Source of the DNA: an uncultured delta proteobacterium
GTDB lineage: Bacteria; Desulfobacterota; Binatia; UBA9968
Direction: 5' to 3'
Assembly: GCA_963847445.1 (NCBI GenBank)
Contig: CAWJZV010000025.1
Location: 96,001 to 160,000 of the forward strand
Length of the DNA stretch: 64,000 bases
The translations under genes and the position numbers were made by a program. The stretch's first letter is position 1; each line of letters starts with the position of its first letter. This document shows, one piece after another, positions 12,446 to 23,434 of the stretch. The notes beneath the pieces were generated by a model. It searched no databases and was not told the origin of the DNA. It saw only the letters and a program-made list of their open reading frames with translations.

Positions 12446-12532
12446 CTACCAGCGCCCAACCAGCACTCCCACGGCAAAGACAAAAAGAATGCTGACGATC
12501 GGCCAGCCAATAATTTCAATCAAGCGCGTCAT
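12446..12532 (-). CDS. Putative 28-aa single-TM small protein MTRLIEIIGWPIVSILFVFAVGVLVGRW
   Basis: Read from sequence; GAAGGA RBS 7 nt before ATG; hydrophobic helix. Confidence 0.5.
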   Translation of the reverse strand: MTRLIEIIGWPIVSILFVFAVGVLVGRW

Positions 12533-12602
12533 AGCTTAGTCCTTCGTTAGCTGCCGGCAAATCTCCACCCGGTCGTGAAACGCCGCACTGGCTGCTTGCC
12601 GT

Positions 12603-13477
12603 CTAACAGATTACTTTCTCCGCCAAATGACAGAGACAGCCAAAAAATCGCACTGAGCTTCCATCCGCAGCAGCGGCGCGTCGTACCGAGATTTTCTTCG
12701 TTTCGAAGCTGCGCTGAAATCTCAGATAAAAGGTTGTGCCCTTGCCGGGTTCGCTGCGGTAGGCAATTGTCCCGCCATGGATTTCGACGATATGCCGGGT
12801 GATCGCTAAGCCGAGGCCCATGCCCCGTGGCTTCGATGTGGTAAACGGTTGAAAAGCGTCCAACTCGGGCGGAATGCCGGCGCCGGTGTCGGCAATTTCG
12901 AGCCCCACCGAGCCTGCGCGCGCGCTGGTCCTGACGGTCAAGACTCCCCCGTCCGGCATGGCGTCCGCAGCATTGCGGAAAAGATTGACGAACACCTGTC
13001 TGAGCAGTTTTTCGTCGGCCTGGAGCGCCGGCAGGGCAGCGGCGCTGTCCATGTCGACACGAACGCCGCTGGCGGCAAACCGCGCCGCGTCACTTTGAAC
13101 GACGTCGACGATCAGCGAATTCAAGTCGACCGAGTCCCACGAAGGGTTGATTTGCCAGAGGCTCTCTAGCTGGGACCGTAACGAAGCGACCAGCGAGATC
13201 AATTGATCGACCCCGCCTTTTAGTTCTTGGAGCATCTTGCCGGCGAAGGGATCGCCATAACCGGTGGTCTTGGGCATGTGCGTATCCATCATGTCAGCGG
13301 CCCAGTAAACCGTTTGTAGGGGGGTGTTAATCTCGTGGATGAAGTGCGCCAGGCCGATGCGCAGCGCGTCCGTCGAGACCGTCGCGGCCGACTTCGCCCG
13401 CGATTCGTTTGATTCCGGCGCACCCGCAGACTGGCAAAAATTACCGTGATGTTTCGCTTCCGTCATTCTCGCATGCA
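12603..13477 (-). CDS. Sensor-less histidine kinase (HisKA + HATPase_c); start uncertain
   Basis: H-box [10 protein letters not shown]-box [29 protein letters not shown]. Confidence 0.88.
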
Positions 13478-13782
13478 TTGGCAGGACTCCTTGCATGGGC
13501 CGCGAACATTTGAGGTACTCTGTATATGGAATAACAAAGTAGTGGACTAGTGGGAAATCGATGATTCTGCCGTAGTCTTTCACCTTGCGCGTTTGTCATC
13601 ATTTTAACGACACAAGAGTGCCTTGGCGTTAACCGCGCTGGCTGGAGGGCAAGAGCCCGAAGCCGTGATCTGGGCGAGCTTCACGGCGAGGGGTGATCTC
13701 CCTGGCGGGGAAATTTAAACTACCCGCGGCTCGAAGCCGAGGGATTTCGATGCGTCGACTCGAACGCGATTGGCTCTATCTC

Positions 13783-13888
13783 GTCTTTCCCGCGAACGCG
13801 GGAATCCCGGTTTTGCATTTTCCCACCCAAGTCACCCTGGGATGCCTGCCGGATCGGGTCCGGGGGCAGGCACTGCGTCGGCGTGAGG
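13783..13888. repeat. REP-like palindromic element pair
   Basis: GTCTTTCCCGCGAACGCGGGAATCC hairpin followed by a degenerate inverted mate. Confidence 0.55.
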
Positions 13889-14016
13889 AACTTCTCTTCG
13901 CCTCAAGCAAGCCCTGAGCGTGCTGAGCCGGGCCGACGGACAAGGGCGAGGGATTGCAACCATCCCTGAGAGGACATTAGAATCGCCGTCCGGGCTGGGC
14001 CGGCCAATGCCAGCGG

Positions 14017-14652
14017 TTAGTCGTCGAAGAGCTTATTGGCGATCGCGTATTGGACCAGTTGCGCGTTACTCTTGAAATTAAACTTTTGCAGCAAGCGGGC
14101 GCGATAGGTGCTGACGGTGCGCGGGCTGATGCAGAGCTGGAGGCAAATATCTCTCGGCGCGATTCCCTGGACGATCAGTTTCAGCACTTCGAATTCCCGG
14201 TCGGAGAGCAGTTCATGGGCCGGCTTTTCCGCTCCAGGTTGCAGTTGCGCTAGCGCTTTCTCGGCGATCGACTCGCTGATGTATTTTTTGCCCTGCAGCA
14301 GTCTGGTCAGAGCGCCGATCAATTCTTCCGGCGTGCGACTCTTGGTGAAATAGCCGGAGGCGCCGGCCTTGAGCATGCGCAGAGCATACTGCTCCTCGGC
14401 GTAACCGCTCAAGACGAGCACCGGTAGTTTGGGATAAGCGAGCCGAACTTCCTTTAAAAATTCCAGGCCGCTCTTGCCCGGTAAGTTAATGTCCAGCACC
14501 ACGGCGTCCCAACGTTCTTTACGCAGCAATTCGGCCGCCCGGCTGGCGTCTCCGGCTTCGCCGAAATCGGTAAAGTTGCGGTTGCCGGCCAGAATGTCGC
14601 GCACACCGCGGCGATAAATCGGATGATCTTCGACGATTAAGATTCTGGCCAT
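14017..14652 (-). CDS. NarL/UvrY-family response regulator (REC + LuxR HTH)
   Basis: RILIVEDH, VLDINLP, LSDREFEVL..ISPRTVSTYRARL. Confidence 0.95.
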   Translation of the reverse strand: MARILIVEDHPIYRRGVRDILAGNRNFTDFGEAGDASRAAELLRKERWDAVVLDINLPGKSGLEFLKEVRLAYPKLPVLVLSGYAEEQYALRMLKAGASGYFTKSRTPEELIGALTRLLQGKKYISESIAEKALAQLQPGAEKPAHELLSDREFEVLKLIVQGIAPRDICLQLCISPRTVSTYRARLLQKFNFKSNAQLVQYAIANKLFDD

Positions 14653-14656
14653 GGCA

Positions 14657-16732
14657 CTAAGCTTTTCTCGAGAGCGGTATTTCGACAATCACCGTGGCGC
14701 CGTGAAGGGGCCGGCTCTCGAAGCGAACATGGCCGCCGAAGGCGTAGGCGCGCTCTTGCACGCCGAAGAGACCGAAAGAACGGTCATTCATGGCCGCCTC
14801 GGGGTCGAAGCCGATGCCGTTGTCCTGGACGTCGAGCAACACCTTGCCGCCGTCGATCTGTAAGCCAATGTGAACCTTGGTGGCCTTGGCATGACGCGCC
14901 ACATTGGTGAGAGTCTCTTGCAAAATGCGGTAGAGCGCAGTCGACATCGCCTGATCCAAATCAACTTCCTCGGGCAACCTGGTGACGCACTGGATGGCAG
15001 TTCGCCGCTGAAATTCCGCGGTTTGCCACTCGATGGCCGCCACCAGGCCAAAATCATCCAATAGGCGGGGCCGCAAGAGACTAGCCGTTCGTCGCACCGA
15101 CTCGACAGAGTTGTCGATCAGATCCGACATCACTCGCGCCTTTTCTTCAACCCCATCGACGCTCTTAGGGAGCCGCGCCATGATCCAGTGAAGATCGACT
15201 TTTAGCGCGGTGAATGCGGCGCCGAACTCGTCATGAAGCTCGCGCGCCAGCTGCGCGCGCTCTTCTTCCTGGAGTTCGTGCACACGCTCGGCGAGGGCCC
15301 TGAGCTGCTCTCGCGATGCTCTCAGCTCGGCGGTTCGCGCCGCGACTTGCCGTTCCAGATCCTCGGCAAACTCGCGCAGTTGGTCCTCGGCGCGTTTACG
15401 TTTGCTAATATTCTCGACCACAGAGATGAAATAAAGCGGCACCTGGGTTCGCGCCTCACGAACGAGAGATGTCGTCACGTTGACCCAAACCGCTGAACCA
15501 TCGCTGCGGATATAGCGCTTTTCCATCGCGTAGGTCTCGATCTCCCCAGCCAGTGCTCGCCGCAGCAAGGCCAGATTGGCGCTGACATCATCGGCATGAG
15601 TGATATCTTGGAAAGTCTTAGCCAGTAACTGTTCCCGGCGATAGCCGACAATTTGACAGAACTTGTCGTTCACTCTTAGCCATCGCCCGTCCGGCGCCAC
15701 ATGAGCGATTCCGACAGCGACATTCTCGAAGGTCGACCGGAAACGCTCCTCGCTCTCGCGCAGCGCCTGCTCGGCATGCTTGCTCTCGGTGATGTCAAAA
15801 TCGACGCCGGCGAAACGGATCGCTGCGCCGGCGTCGTTATAGATATAACGCGCAAACGGCGCGAGCCAACGAATCTCGCCGTTGTCGGCGCGAATAATTC
15901 GATGCTCGGGGTTATACAAACCCTGTGTCTCTAGAGCAGACTTCCGCGCCGCCATGACGCGATCGAGATCATCGGGATGAATGCGCGAGCGCCACATCTC
16001 CCAGTTAGGCGGGCCGTTGCTCGGATCAAATCCCATTATTTGATAATGCCGCCGGTTCCACACCGTTACCCCAGTTTTCAATTCCACGTCCCAGGTCCCC
16101 ATGCCGGCGCCGTCAACCGCTAACCGCAGCCGCTCTTCGTTGTCGCGCAACGCCTGCTCTGCCCGGTTGCGCTCGGTGATGTCGATGATCGCGCTGCGGT
16201 AGTGGCAAGCAGCCGAAACGCCGTCGCGGATGCCGATGGTTTCCATTCTCGCTGCGACGGTCTTACCGTCCGCCCGGCGCAGGCGCAGATCGCACTCCTG
16301 GCGCACGTCAGCGCCGAGCACGGCGTGCTGGTGCAGGTAGAGGGCGTCCTGCGCATCGCGGGCGACAAAGCGGGTGAATTTGCCGCCGACGAGTTTGTCC
16401 CGTTCGACGCCGAGCATCGTCGCCAATGTCAGATTGGCCTCCAGCACGGTGCCGTCGGGATCGAGGGTTACGTAGCCGACGGGCGCGAAGTCGTAGAGAT
16501 GATTGAAGCGGTCGCGCGACTGGGCCAGATCCCCCTGGGCCAGTCGCAGTTCCTCGTTCTGCATCTCCAGCTCGATCTGATGGACCTGGAGTTCGTGCAC
16601 CAGTCGCTGCTTTTCCTCCGGTGACATCCGGGCGATGTCGGTGCGGCTGACGCGCATGGCCGCCTCCGCCCGCTGTCGCAGGGGGGTTGGTTTCGCTGGA
16701 GTGGTGCGTTTCTTCGGCATGGCAAGAGTCAC
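14657..16732 (-). CDS. Multi-PAS sensor histidine kinase (HisKA_3)
   Basis: HELQVHQIELEMQNEELR leader; three PAS/PAC; EEERAQLARELHDE; QETLTNVARHA; DNGIGF. Confidence 0.95.
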   Translation of the reverse strand: MTLAMPKKRTTPAKPTPLRQRAEAAMRVSRTDIARMSPEEKQRLVHELQVHQIELEMQNEELRLAQGDLAQSRDRFNHLYDFAPVGYVTLDPDGTVLEANLTLATMLGVERDKLVGGKFTRFVARDAQDALYLHQHAVLGADVRQECDLRLRRADGKTVAARMETIGIRDGVSAACHYRSAIIDITERNRAEQALRDNEERLRLAVDGAGMGTWDVELKTGVTVWNRRHYQIMGFDPSNGPPNWEMWRSRIHPDDLDRVMAARKSALETQGLYNPEHRIIRADNGEIRWLAPFARYIYNDAGAAIRFAGVDFDITESKHAEQALRESEERFRSTFENVAVGIAHVAPDGRWLRVNDKFCQIVGYRREQLLAKTFQDITHADDVSANLALLRRALAGEIETYAMEKRYIRSDGSAVWVNVTTSLVREARTQVPLYFISVVENISKRKRAEDQLREFAEDLERQVAARTAELRASREQLRALAERVHELQEEERAQLARELHDEFGAAFTALKVDLHWIMARLPKSVDGVEEKARVMSDLIDNSVESVRRTASLLRPRLLDDFGLVAAIEWQTAEFQRRTAIQCVTRLPEEVDLDQAMSTALYRILQETLTNVARHAKATKVHIGLQIDGGKVLLDVQDNGIGFDPEAAMNDRSFGLFGVQERAYAFGGHVRFESRPLHGATVIVEIPLSRKA

Positions 16733-16951
16733 TCAGGCAACGAGATGCTTCGCGATCATGCAGATGGCGTCCGGCTGGCCGATGTCGGTCTGGATCAGAT
16801 TGATCAATTGCCGGGCCGGCTCGGTGTAGCGTTTGATCTTGAGTTCGTTGTCGAGAAAGAGGGTGGCGACCTCGGTGCTGTTGAGCAGGTTTTGCATGTC
16901 GTCGTTGGTCCGGGACAAGTCCTCAGCGGCCGGACGCGTTGCCATAGCCAT
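16733..16951 (-). pseudogene. Remnant of CheB/CheR-fusion C-terminal PAS region
   Basis: DLSRTNDDMQNLLNSTEVATLFLDNELKIKRYTEPA..LIQTDIGQP is typical of CheBR fusion C-termini; only ~70 aa present. Confidence 0.7.
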
Positions 16952-17800
16952 ACTCCTTGCGACTATTGGTTCGCCGCGAGAAATCGCCGATCCGTTGAAG
17001 ACTCTAGGCGAAAAGCATTAATGCTAAAGGTCATTACCCAGCTCAATGTTGTTGTCAAGAAATTCTTCGCGCGAATGCCAATAACGGAGAAAAATTCCGC
17101 GCCCAGATAGCGCTTTGTCGTCAACCCTAGCGCGGCAGAGCCGCAAGCGAAACTCGGAATATCTCGCGCCAAGCACTCAAAGGGACAGAAAAAATACCAA
17201 GAGCGATTCATCAATCGCCCTTGGCTTGGCGTCTTTGGCGCGAGGAATATTCGATTCCGAGACGCTCGGAGCTGAGAAAATTTGCGCGAGTCGCGCAAAC
17301 TGTCAAGCATTACCAAAGCACCCTACGCTGGCGCCACCGGCCATCCTGTCCGAGAAAAAATGATTTTGCTGTAGTGAAGATAACGACAACGCCAATGCAG
17401 CGTCGCAGTTGGCCATGCAGAAGAGGCCAACTATAAGACGGCGCTGCTCAATGGGTGTTGGCGGTGAGGACTTGGTTCCGCGGTAATGGAAAGGTCCGAC
17501 CTGGTGGTGCCAATTGCCGATTCGACGCAAGCCGATTGCCCATGTAAGCGCGGCGTGACGGCGTTGTCCCACCCGCTTCCTCGAACATGGAGCGATGCTT
17601 GATGACGACCGTTCCGCCGGCAGGTTTGGGACGGGAGATTCTTTCCGACACGCGTCAAAAGTTCAATCAAGCACCTGGCACCGGACTCTGTCCTCTTGGA
17701 AACAAGCTAGGCTAGGAGCCGTCGTGCATATTTCCCGCCCCTGCCGGTGCGCCCGAGCGGTGAATCGAGTGGTGATTAAGTCTGGCTATTCCCAACGCGG

Positions 17801-17855
17801 TTGACATAATCCAGTAAGTATTTTATATCTTGTCACGATATTATCGTAATACGAT
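17801..17855 (+). promoter_or_regulatory. sigma70 promoter with tandem MarR-type operators
   Basis: TTGACA-N17-TATATC overlapped by palindromes ATATCTTGTCACGATAT and ATCGTAATACGAT just before the marR ATG. Confidence 0.7.
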
Positions 17856-17862
17856 CTAAATT

Positions 17863-18336
17863 ATGCCAAACAACTCCAACCTTCCCGACTTCAAAGCCAT
17901 GGCGGAGTTGCGCTATCAAATTCGTCGTTTCTTGCGCTTTAGTGAAACCGCTGCTCGCCAGGCAGGGATCGAGCCGCAACAGCACCAGCTGCTTTTGGCG
18001 GTGAAGGGTTTACCTAAGACCTTGAAACCCACCATCGGCGTGCTCGCCGAACGGATGCAGTTGCAGCACCACAGTACAGTTGAGCTTGTCGACCGGCTGG
18101 CCGACCGAGGGTTTCTTTTGCGCTTGCGCGCCAGCGACGACCGACGCCAAGTCCTGGTCAAACTGACTCACGACGGCGAAGAGTTTCTCAAAACACTCTC
18201 ACTGCATCATTTGCAAGAATTGCAGTCCTCCGGTCCGAAGTTCGTGAAGATATTACAGGGTTTGATCGAAGGTCTCGAAGCGCCGCTTAACACCGCAGTT
18301 AATATACCGCCGACTAAATCAACAAACGCCGAATAA
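17863..18336 (+). CDS. MarR-family transcriptional regulator
   Basis: QQHQLLLAVKG..TIGVLAERMQLQHHSTVELVDRL..DRRQVLVKLT. Confidence 0.92.
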   Translation: MPNNSNLPDFKAMAELRYQIRRFLRFSETAARQAGIEPQQHQLLLAVKGLPKTLKPTIGVLAERMQLQHHSTVELVDRLADRGFLLRLRASDDRRQVLVKLTHDGEEFLKTLSLHHLQELQSSGPKFVKILQGLIEGLEAPLNTAVNIPPTKSTNAE

Positions 18337-18356
18337 ACAACGAAAGGAAGAAAACC

Positions 18357-19204
18357 ATGGCTAATCACCACCGAAGAACTACTTTTAGATGTGCGCGTCG
18401 CTGAGGCGTCGCGCTTTGTTCAAATTCTACCTGAACCAGGAAAAGAAAATTCTCGGCACCATTTCGGTTGCCATCTTTTCCTGACTCTATGGGAGCTGGT
18501 TGGAAATACCTTTCAGTTGATCAATCCGATGTTCATGAGCGCGCCATCGTTGGTTGGGAAGGCGGCTATTCGAGATGTTTTCTTCCGGCGAAATCTATAA
18601 TGACCTTTACGTCAGCGGTATCGAACTTGCCGGGGGCTATTTGTTATCGGTCGTCGTTGCCGTTCCCTTTGGCATCGCCATCGGCTGGTACAAGAAAGTA
18701 GCCTACATATTCGATCCCTTTGTCAACGCGATGAACGCGACCCCGCGCGTGGCGCTTTTACCGCTAGTCATCATCTGGTTGGGGATCGGCATACTCTCCA
18801 AGGTCGGTATTATCTTTCTCGGCGCGGTTTTCCCCATATTGATCAATGCGCGCGACGGGGTGAAGACCACACCGTCGAATCTACTTACCGCCGCCCGGAG
18901 TTTTGGCGCTTCCGAGTGGATGCTCTTCAAGACCGTGGTGCTTCCCTCTACGGTTCCTTTTATCCTGACTGGATTGAGGCTCGGACTTGGCAGAGCGATT
19001 GTCGGTGTCATGGTTGGCGAGCTTTATGCCGCGACCGCCGGCATCGGTTTTATGATTACGGTTGCCGGCGCCACCTTCCAGACCGATAAAGTCTTTGTCG
19101 GCGTGCTCATATTCGCGCTTACGGGCATGATCGGAACGGAGGCAATCACTCGGGTGGAAAAGCGCTTTAATCGCTGGCGTCCCGCTGTGGGGTCTGCGGA
19201 ATAG
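18357..19204 (+). CDS. NitT/TauT-family ABC transporter permease (frameshifted 5' part)
   Basis: TPRVALLPLVIIWLGIG, AARSFGAS EAA-like motif, ILTGLRLG..GELYAATAGIG. Confidence 0.9.
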
Positions 19205-19504
19205 TCGTGCGCGTCGTCTTCAGTTGCCATAGTGACGGCACAACAATCAGACCAAGGAGGGAACAGGGCAGGTCCGTCCCTACCAAGAAGAAGATCATCC
19301 CTCGCCGGCCGCTGCGGAAATCTGATGAGAAGCGCGACTAACCCACGAAGGGGTTGGCGACAGGTATGCTATACCCGGGAAAGCGTGCGCCAGCTGCCGC
19401 AATAGGCGCTGAGACAACTGCGCCACGGTAATCTCGTTGAACATGCCGATCTTTATCCCTAAGGAACCGGCCGGTGATAACGGCGACGAGAGCAACCATC
19501 TGCT

Positions 19505-20912
19505 TCATCCGCTGGTTAACTCGGCTTTGATGCCACCTTGCGTGAGTGCGCGCGGATCCAACAATCGGTTGAGTTCATCCGCTGAGAGCGTTGTGGTTTC
19601 CGCCGCTACGTCTTTAATGGGTCGGCCTTCGGCGTAAGCTCGTTTGGCGATTTCGGCGGCTTTGTCATAGCCAACGATGGGGTTCAGCGCGGTTACCAGG
19701 ATTGGGTTCTTTTCGACCTGTGCGGCGATTGCCGCTCGGTTTACGGTAAACCCAGCTATCGCTTTATCGGCCAGGAGGCGGCTGGCGTTGGCGAGGATTT
19801 GCAGGCTTTGCAGTAAACTATGCGCTATCACCGGCAACATCGTTTGCAGTTCAAAATTACCGTGGCTCGCAGCCACGGCGATGGTTGCGTCGTTGCCGAC
19901 CACCTGAGCCGCAACCATCATGACCGACTCCGGAATTACCGGATTGATCTTGCCCGGCATGATTGAGCTGCCTGGCTGTAAGGCCGGCAGAACAATCTCG
20001 CCGAGTCCTGCCTGCGGTCCGGAGTTCATCCAGCGCAGGTCATTGGCAATTTTCAATAACGCGAGCGCCAGGGCTTTTAACTGGCCGCTGAGCTCGACGG
20101 CGCTGTCTTGCGTCGATTGCGACGCGAAGTGATTTGAACTTTCAAGCGAAACTAAATCCTGTCATGAGCGAGATTTGAGCGGCGACGCGAGCGCCAAACT
20201 CAGGATGGGCATTGATGCCGGTGCCGACTGCCGTGCCGCCGAGCGCGAGTTCGCTCAGGCGTGGCTGCGTAGCGATCAGGCGATCCATGGCCAGGTAGAT
20301 TTGTGCCGCCCAACCGCCGATTTGCTGGCTCAATCGAATCGGCATCGCGTCCATTAAATGGGTCCGACCGGTCTTGACCACGTCGTCATGATCTCGCGCT
20401 CTGCGCAAGAGCTCTTCGTGCAGGTGGCGGAGCGCTGGCAGCAGACGCTCTTGCAGCTCGATCACGGCGGCGAGATGGATCACCGCAGGAAATACGTCAT
20501 TCGACGACTGGCACATGTTCACATGATCGTTGGGATGCACCGCTTGACTGTCCATGATCTGTCGAGCGCGAGTGGCGATCACTTCATTGGCGTTCATGTT
20601 GGTCGACGTGCCCGAGCCGGTTTGAAAAATGTCGACGGGAAAATGGCCGTCGTGCTGCCCTTCGGCGACTTCCGCCGATGCCTTTACGATCGCTGATGCT
20701 ATCGACGTGTCAAGTAATCCTAACTCGCCATTCACTGCTGCTGCGGCTGATTTAACGACACCCAGCGCGCGAATGAACGTGCGCCCAAAGCGCAGACCGC
20801 TAATCGGAAAGTTCTCGACGGCTCTCTGGGTCTGCGCCATGTACAGCGAGTCCAGCGGAACGCGCACTTCACCCAGACTGTCTTTCTCGATTCGATAAAG
20901 CTCATCGGTCAT
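19505..20912 (-). CDS. fumC: Class II fumarate hydratase (frameshift near 20140)
   Basis: [36 protein letters not shown] signature. Confidence 0.95.
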
Positions 20913-21518
20913 ACAGTGCTCCTTTCGCCGATCGATCCGGTTCGTCGCCGCTACTTTGCTAAGGCGCCGTCGTTGCGCAGAGATCGCGTCACGATCATCT
21001 TGCCCTGACCGGGCGCGAGATCACTTGTCTTCGCGGCCAATACAAGCTCGATTATGATTCAATTCCTGGAAAAGTCGCATGCACGTATTTGCGACTTTCC
21101 CGCCTAATATCTACTTTTGTCAGGCATGCCTGACAGGAGCAGAAGGGGCGCTAAAAAACAAATTCATAGTCACCGGTATGATCTCCATGGGCCCAGGCAA
21201 TTGTTAATTCGCTGTCGCTGATAGGATCGATTCTGTGCCCCAAAAAATCATTGCCGCAAAGCGACGAGGCGTGTCGCTCGCGGCACTGCAAATCACACCG
21301 ATTGCGTCTCAGGCTGGCGGGGGGAGATATCGTTCTGACGACCCAAAGCGGACTGTCAGGTCTGGCTGATTGCGCCAAGAAAGACGGTGGGCGGCCGATG
21401 GCGTGGGCGGCAAAAGCAGAACTAGGAAGCCAACCGCGCCGAGAAATTGGCCGACCATGAGGATCTCCTGGGCGCTTGCTCTATTCGGCAAGGATGAGAA
21501 TTACCGTACGTTGTTTTA

Positions 21519-22547
21519 TTATGGCAACTCAATCTGCCGGTCTGGGCTGGCCGGTTCTGGGTATGGCTTGCGCGGCGCCGTTGGTTCGCTGACGCTTTTC
21601 ATGCAACGCGCTCGCTCCAGCAACTCCAGGGTCTGCACCAGGCGATCCGGCGAGCCCCAGTCGCTCCAGTAGACTTCGAGCACCGGCAGGACCGCGATGG
21701 TCGCCGGCATGCGGTCGCTGACTTTTTCCAGGAAATCCTTGGAAAAGTTCATCGGCTCGATCTTTTCATAAAGCGCCTCGACCGCCTGTGCCTCCATCGG
21801 CGTGCCGATGGCGTCCAAGATGCCAATAAAATGATAATAGGTCGCCGGGCAAAGCCGCTGCATCATCTCCAACACCGTTCGCACTTTGAACACCATGATC
21901 ATGGTGTTCCACAGGCCGCCGGCCTTGACCAGTTCCTGAGCTAGGCGGCAGTCGGGCTTTTCGACAAACTGGGCGACCTGGCGCGTGCCCCACAGATTGA
22001 ATAGCCCCTCGCTTCCCTGGGGCAGGATGTAACCATATTCGACTTCCGGCGCTTGCGCTTCCATGGCGAGAAGGACGATACGCGACGGCTCACGGGCCAC
22101 GGCTCGGGCGGCGAGGTCGACATGGTCCATGAAGCGGCCTTCGTCAAGGATGAAATGGTCCGATGGAAAGACCGCGACGATCGCTTCCGGGTTGCGTTTG
22201 TAGAGGTGGAGCAACGGCAGAAGAATCCCCGGACCGGTTTCTTTGTTGGCCGGCTGGACGATCACCGTGTCGGCACGGCGGTCTCGGAGCTGCCGCCGCA
22301 CTTCGGGGTGGCGCAGATGTTGTTTGCTGACGATGGTCAGGACGCGCCGGGCCGGGATCAGCAATTGGCAGCGTCGGTAGGTATGTTCGAGCATCGAATG
22401 GCGCCCGACAAAATTGACATATTGCTTGGGCAGGTCGGTGCCGCGGGTTTCGCGAATATAGGGTTGCAGCCGTCTGCCATCGCCCGCCGCCAGCACCAAG
22501 CCCCAAAGCGCTGTTTGAATTTGTTCCTGCTGACGCAATTCAAGCAT
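21519..22547 (-). CDS. Sugar-phosphate nucleotidyltransferase (mannose-1-P guanylyltransferase-like, no isomerase domain)
   Basis: LAAGDGRRL, PKQY, FPSDH, FVEKP, WSDWG. Confidence 0.88.
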   Translation of the reverse strand: MLELRQQEQIQTALWGLVLAAGDGRRLQPYIRETRGTDLPKQYVNFVGRHSMLEHTYRRCQLLIPARRVLTIVSKQHLRHPEVRRQLRDRRADTVIVQPANKETGPGILLPLLHLYKRNPEAIVAVFPSDHFILDEGRFMDHVDLAARAVAREPSRIVLLAMEAQAPEVEYGYILPQGSEGLFNLWGTRQVAQFVEKPDCRLAQELVKAGGLWNTMIMVFKVRTVLEMMQRLCPATYYHFIGILDAIGTPMEAQAVEALYEKIEPMNFSKDFLEKVSDRMPATIAVLPVLEVYWSDWGSPDRLVQTLELLERARCMKSVSEPTAPRKPYPEPASPDRQIELP

Positions 22548-22640
22548 GAGGGTTCTCCTGATTGCAAAGCACAGCGCCGATTGGATTGTGTTACCGCTCG
22601 CTAAATCACCCGACAGTGATCGGGTTTAATAATTTCGCGC

Positions 22641-22656
22641 CGCAAATGTCATGCCG
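22641..22656 (-). promoter_or_regulatory. sigma54 promoter of nucleotidyltransferase
   Basis: Minus strand CGGCATGACATTTGCG (GG-N10-GC). Confidence 0.7.
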
Positions 22657-22707
22657 CCAGTTGCCGCTGCGCGATCGCCAATGGTTCGCGGCTTTCGCAG
22701 AAAAACC

Positions 22708-22754
22708 TTCGCAGATTCGACAGCGGGTCGGCGATTATTTCGCAGGTCTGACAA
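22708..22754. promoter_or_regulatory. Tandem enhancer (UAS) pair, 31-bp spacing
   Basis: TTCGCAGATTCGACAG (22708) and TTCGCAGGTCTGACAA (22739). Confidence 0.7.
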
Positions 22755-22835
22755 ACGCCGAATTAGCAGCGGCGAACGATCCGAGAATTCCGTAGCAATC
22801 CAAGGCCTCGTGGCTGGGCGCAGCGCCGCTGTTGT

Positions 22836-22851
22836 GGGCACGTCCTTTGCC
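22836..22851 (+). promoter_or_regulatory. sigma54 promoter of USP operon
   Basis: GGGCACGTCCTTTGCC (GGCACG-N4-TTGC). Confidence 0.8.
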
Positions 22852-22902
22852 TAATGATTCAGTGAGCGGGGCGAAAGCAGTAACGGTAAACCATTAAGGA
22901 GG

Positions 22903-23424
22903 ATGGCGATGAGCGAATTCAAACGCATACTTTGTCCGGTCGATCTATCCGAGTTTTCGTTGGAGGCGTTGCGCTTGGCAGCGCAACTGGCCGACCGTAA
23001 CAGCGCGGTGTTGGATATTTTGCACGTTATCCATAATCCCTTCGACGAGCTCTACATGACGTCGATTACTTCGACCGATCCGGCGCTGCTCGACGCCTAT
23101 GCCGCCGAGTCGCGCGAGCGCGCTAAGATCGTCCGTGCCACCGAGGAACACGCCGAGGTTCTGCTTAAGCAGTTCTGCCGCGACGAAGTCAAAGGTGTCG
23201 CCAAAGTCCACTATCACGTTCGCCAGGGCGATCCTTTCGAAAACATCCTCGATGGCGCCGAAGATTTTCTCACCGATCTGATTGTTTTGGCGACCCACGG
23301 ACGCACCGGCATTAAGCGCTTGGTGATCGGCAACGTCGCCGAGAAAGTCGTGCGCCACGCACCCTGCCCGGTGCTGACGGTGAAGCCCAAGAGTTTGCCG
23401 AGAGTGGCAGACGCCGCAGCGTAA
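22903..23424 (+). CDS. Universal stress protein
   Basis: KRILCPVDLS..DLIVLATHGRTG..IGNVAEKVVRHAPCPVLTV; AGGAGG RBS. Confidence 0.95.
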   Translation: MAMSEFKRILCPVDLSEFSLEALRLAAQLADRNSAVLDILHVIHNPFDELYMTSITSTDPALLDAYAAESRERAKIVRATEEHAEVLLKQFCRDEVKGVAKVHYHVRQGDPFENILDGAEDFLTDLIVLATHGRTGIKRLVIGNVAEKVVRHAPCPVLTVKPKSLPRVADAAA

Positions 23425-23434
23425 GGAGGTTGCC

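Noticed and set aside
16963-17804. Short ORFs between the CheBR stub and marR
   Set aside because: No motifs or RBS; the region contains repeat-like CTTGGCG..TTTGGCGCGAG sequence
22562-22579. Extra sigma54 promoter candidates at 22562 and 39943
   Set aside because: GG-GC spacing is 11 rather than the strict 10
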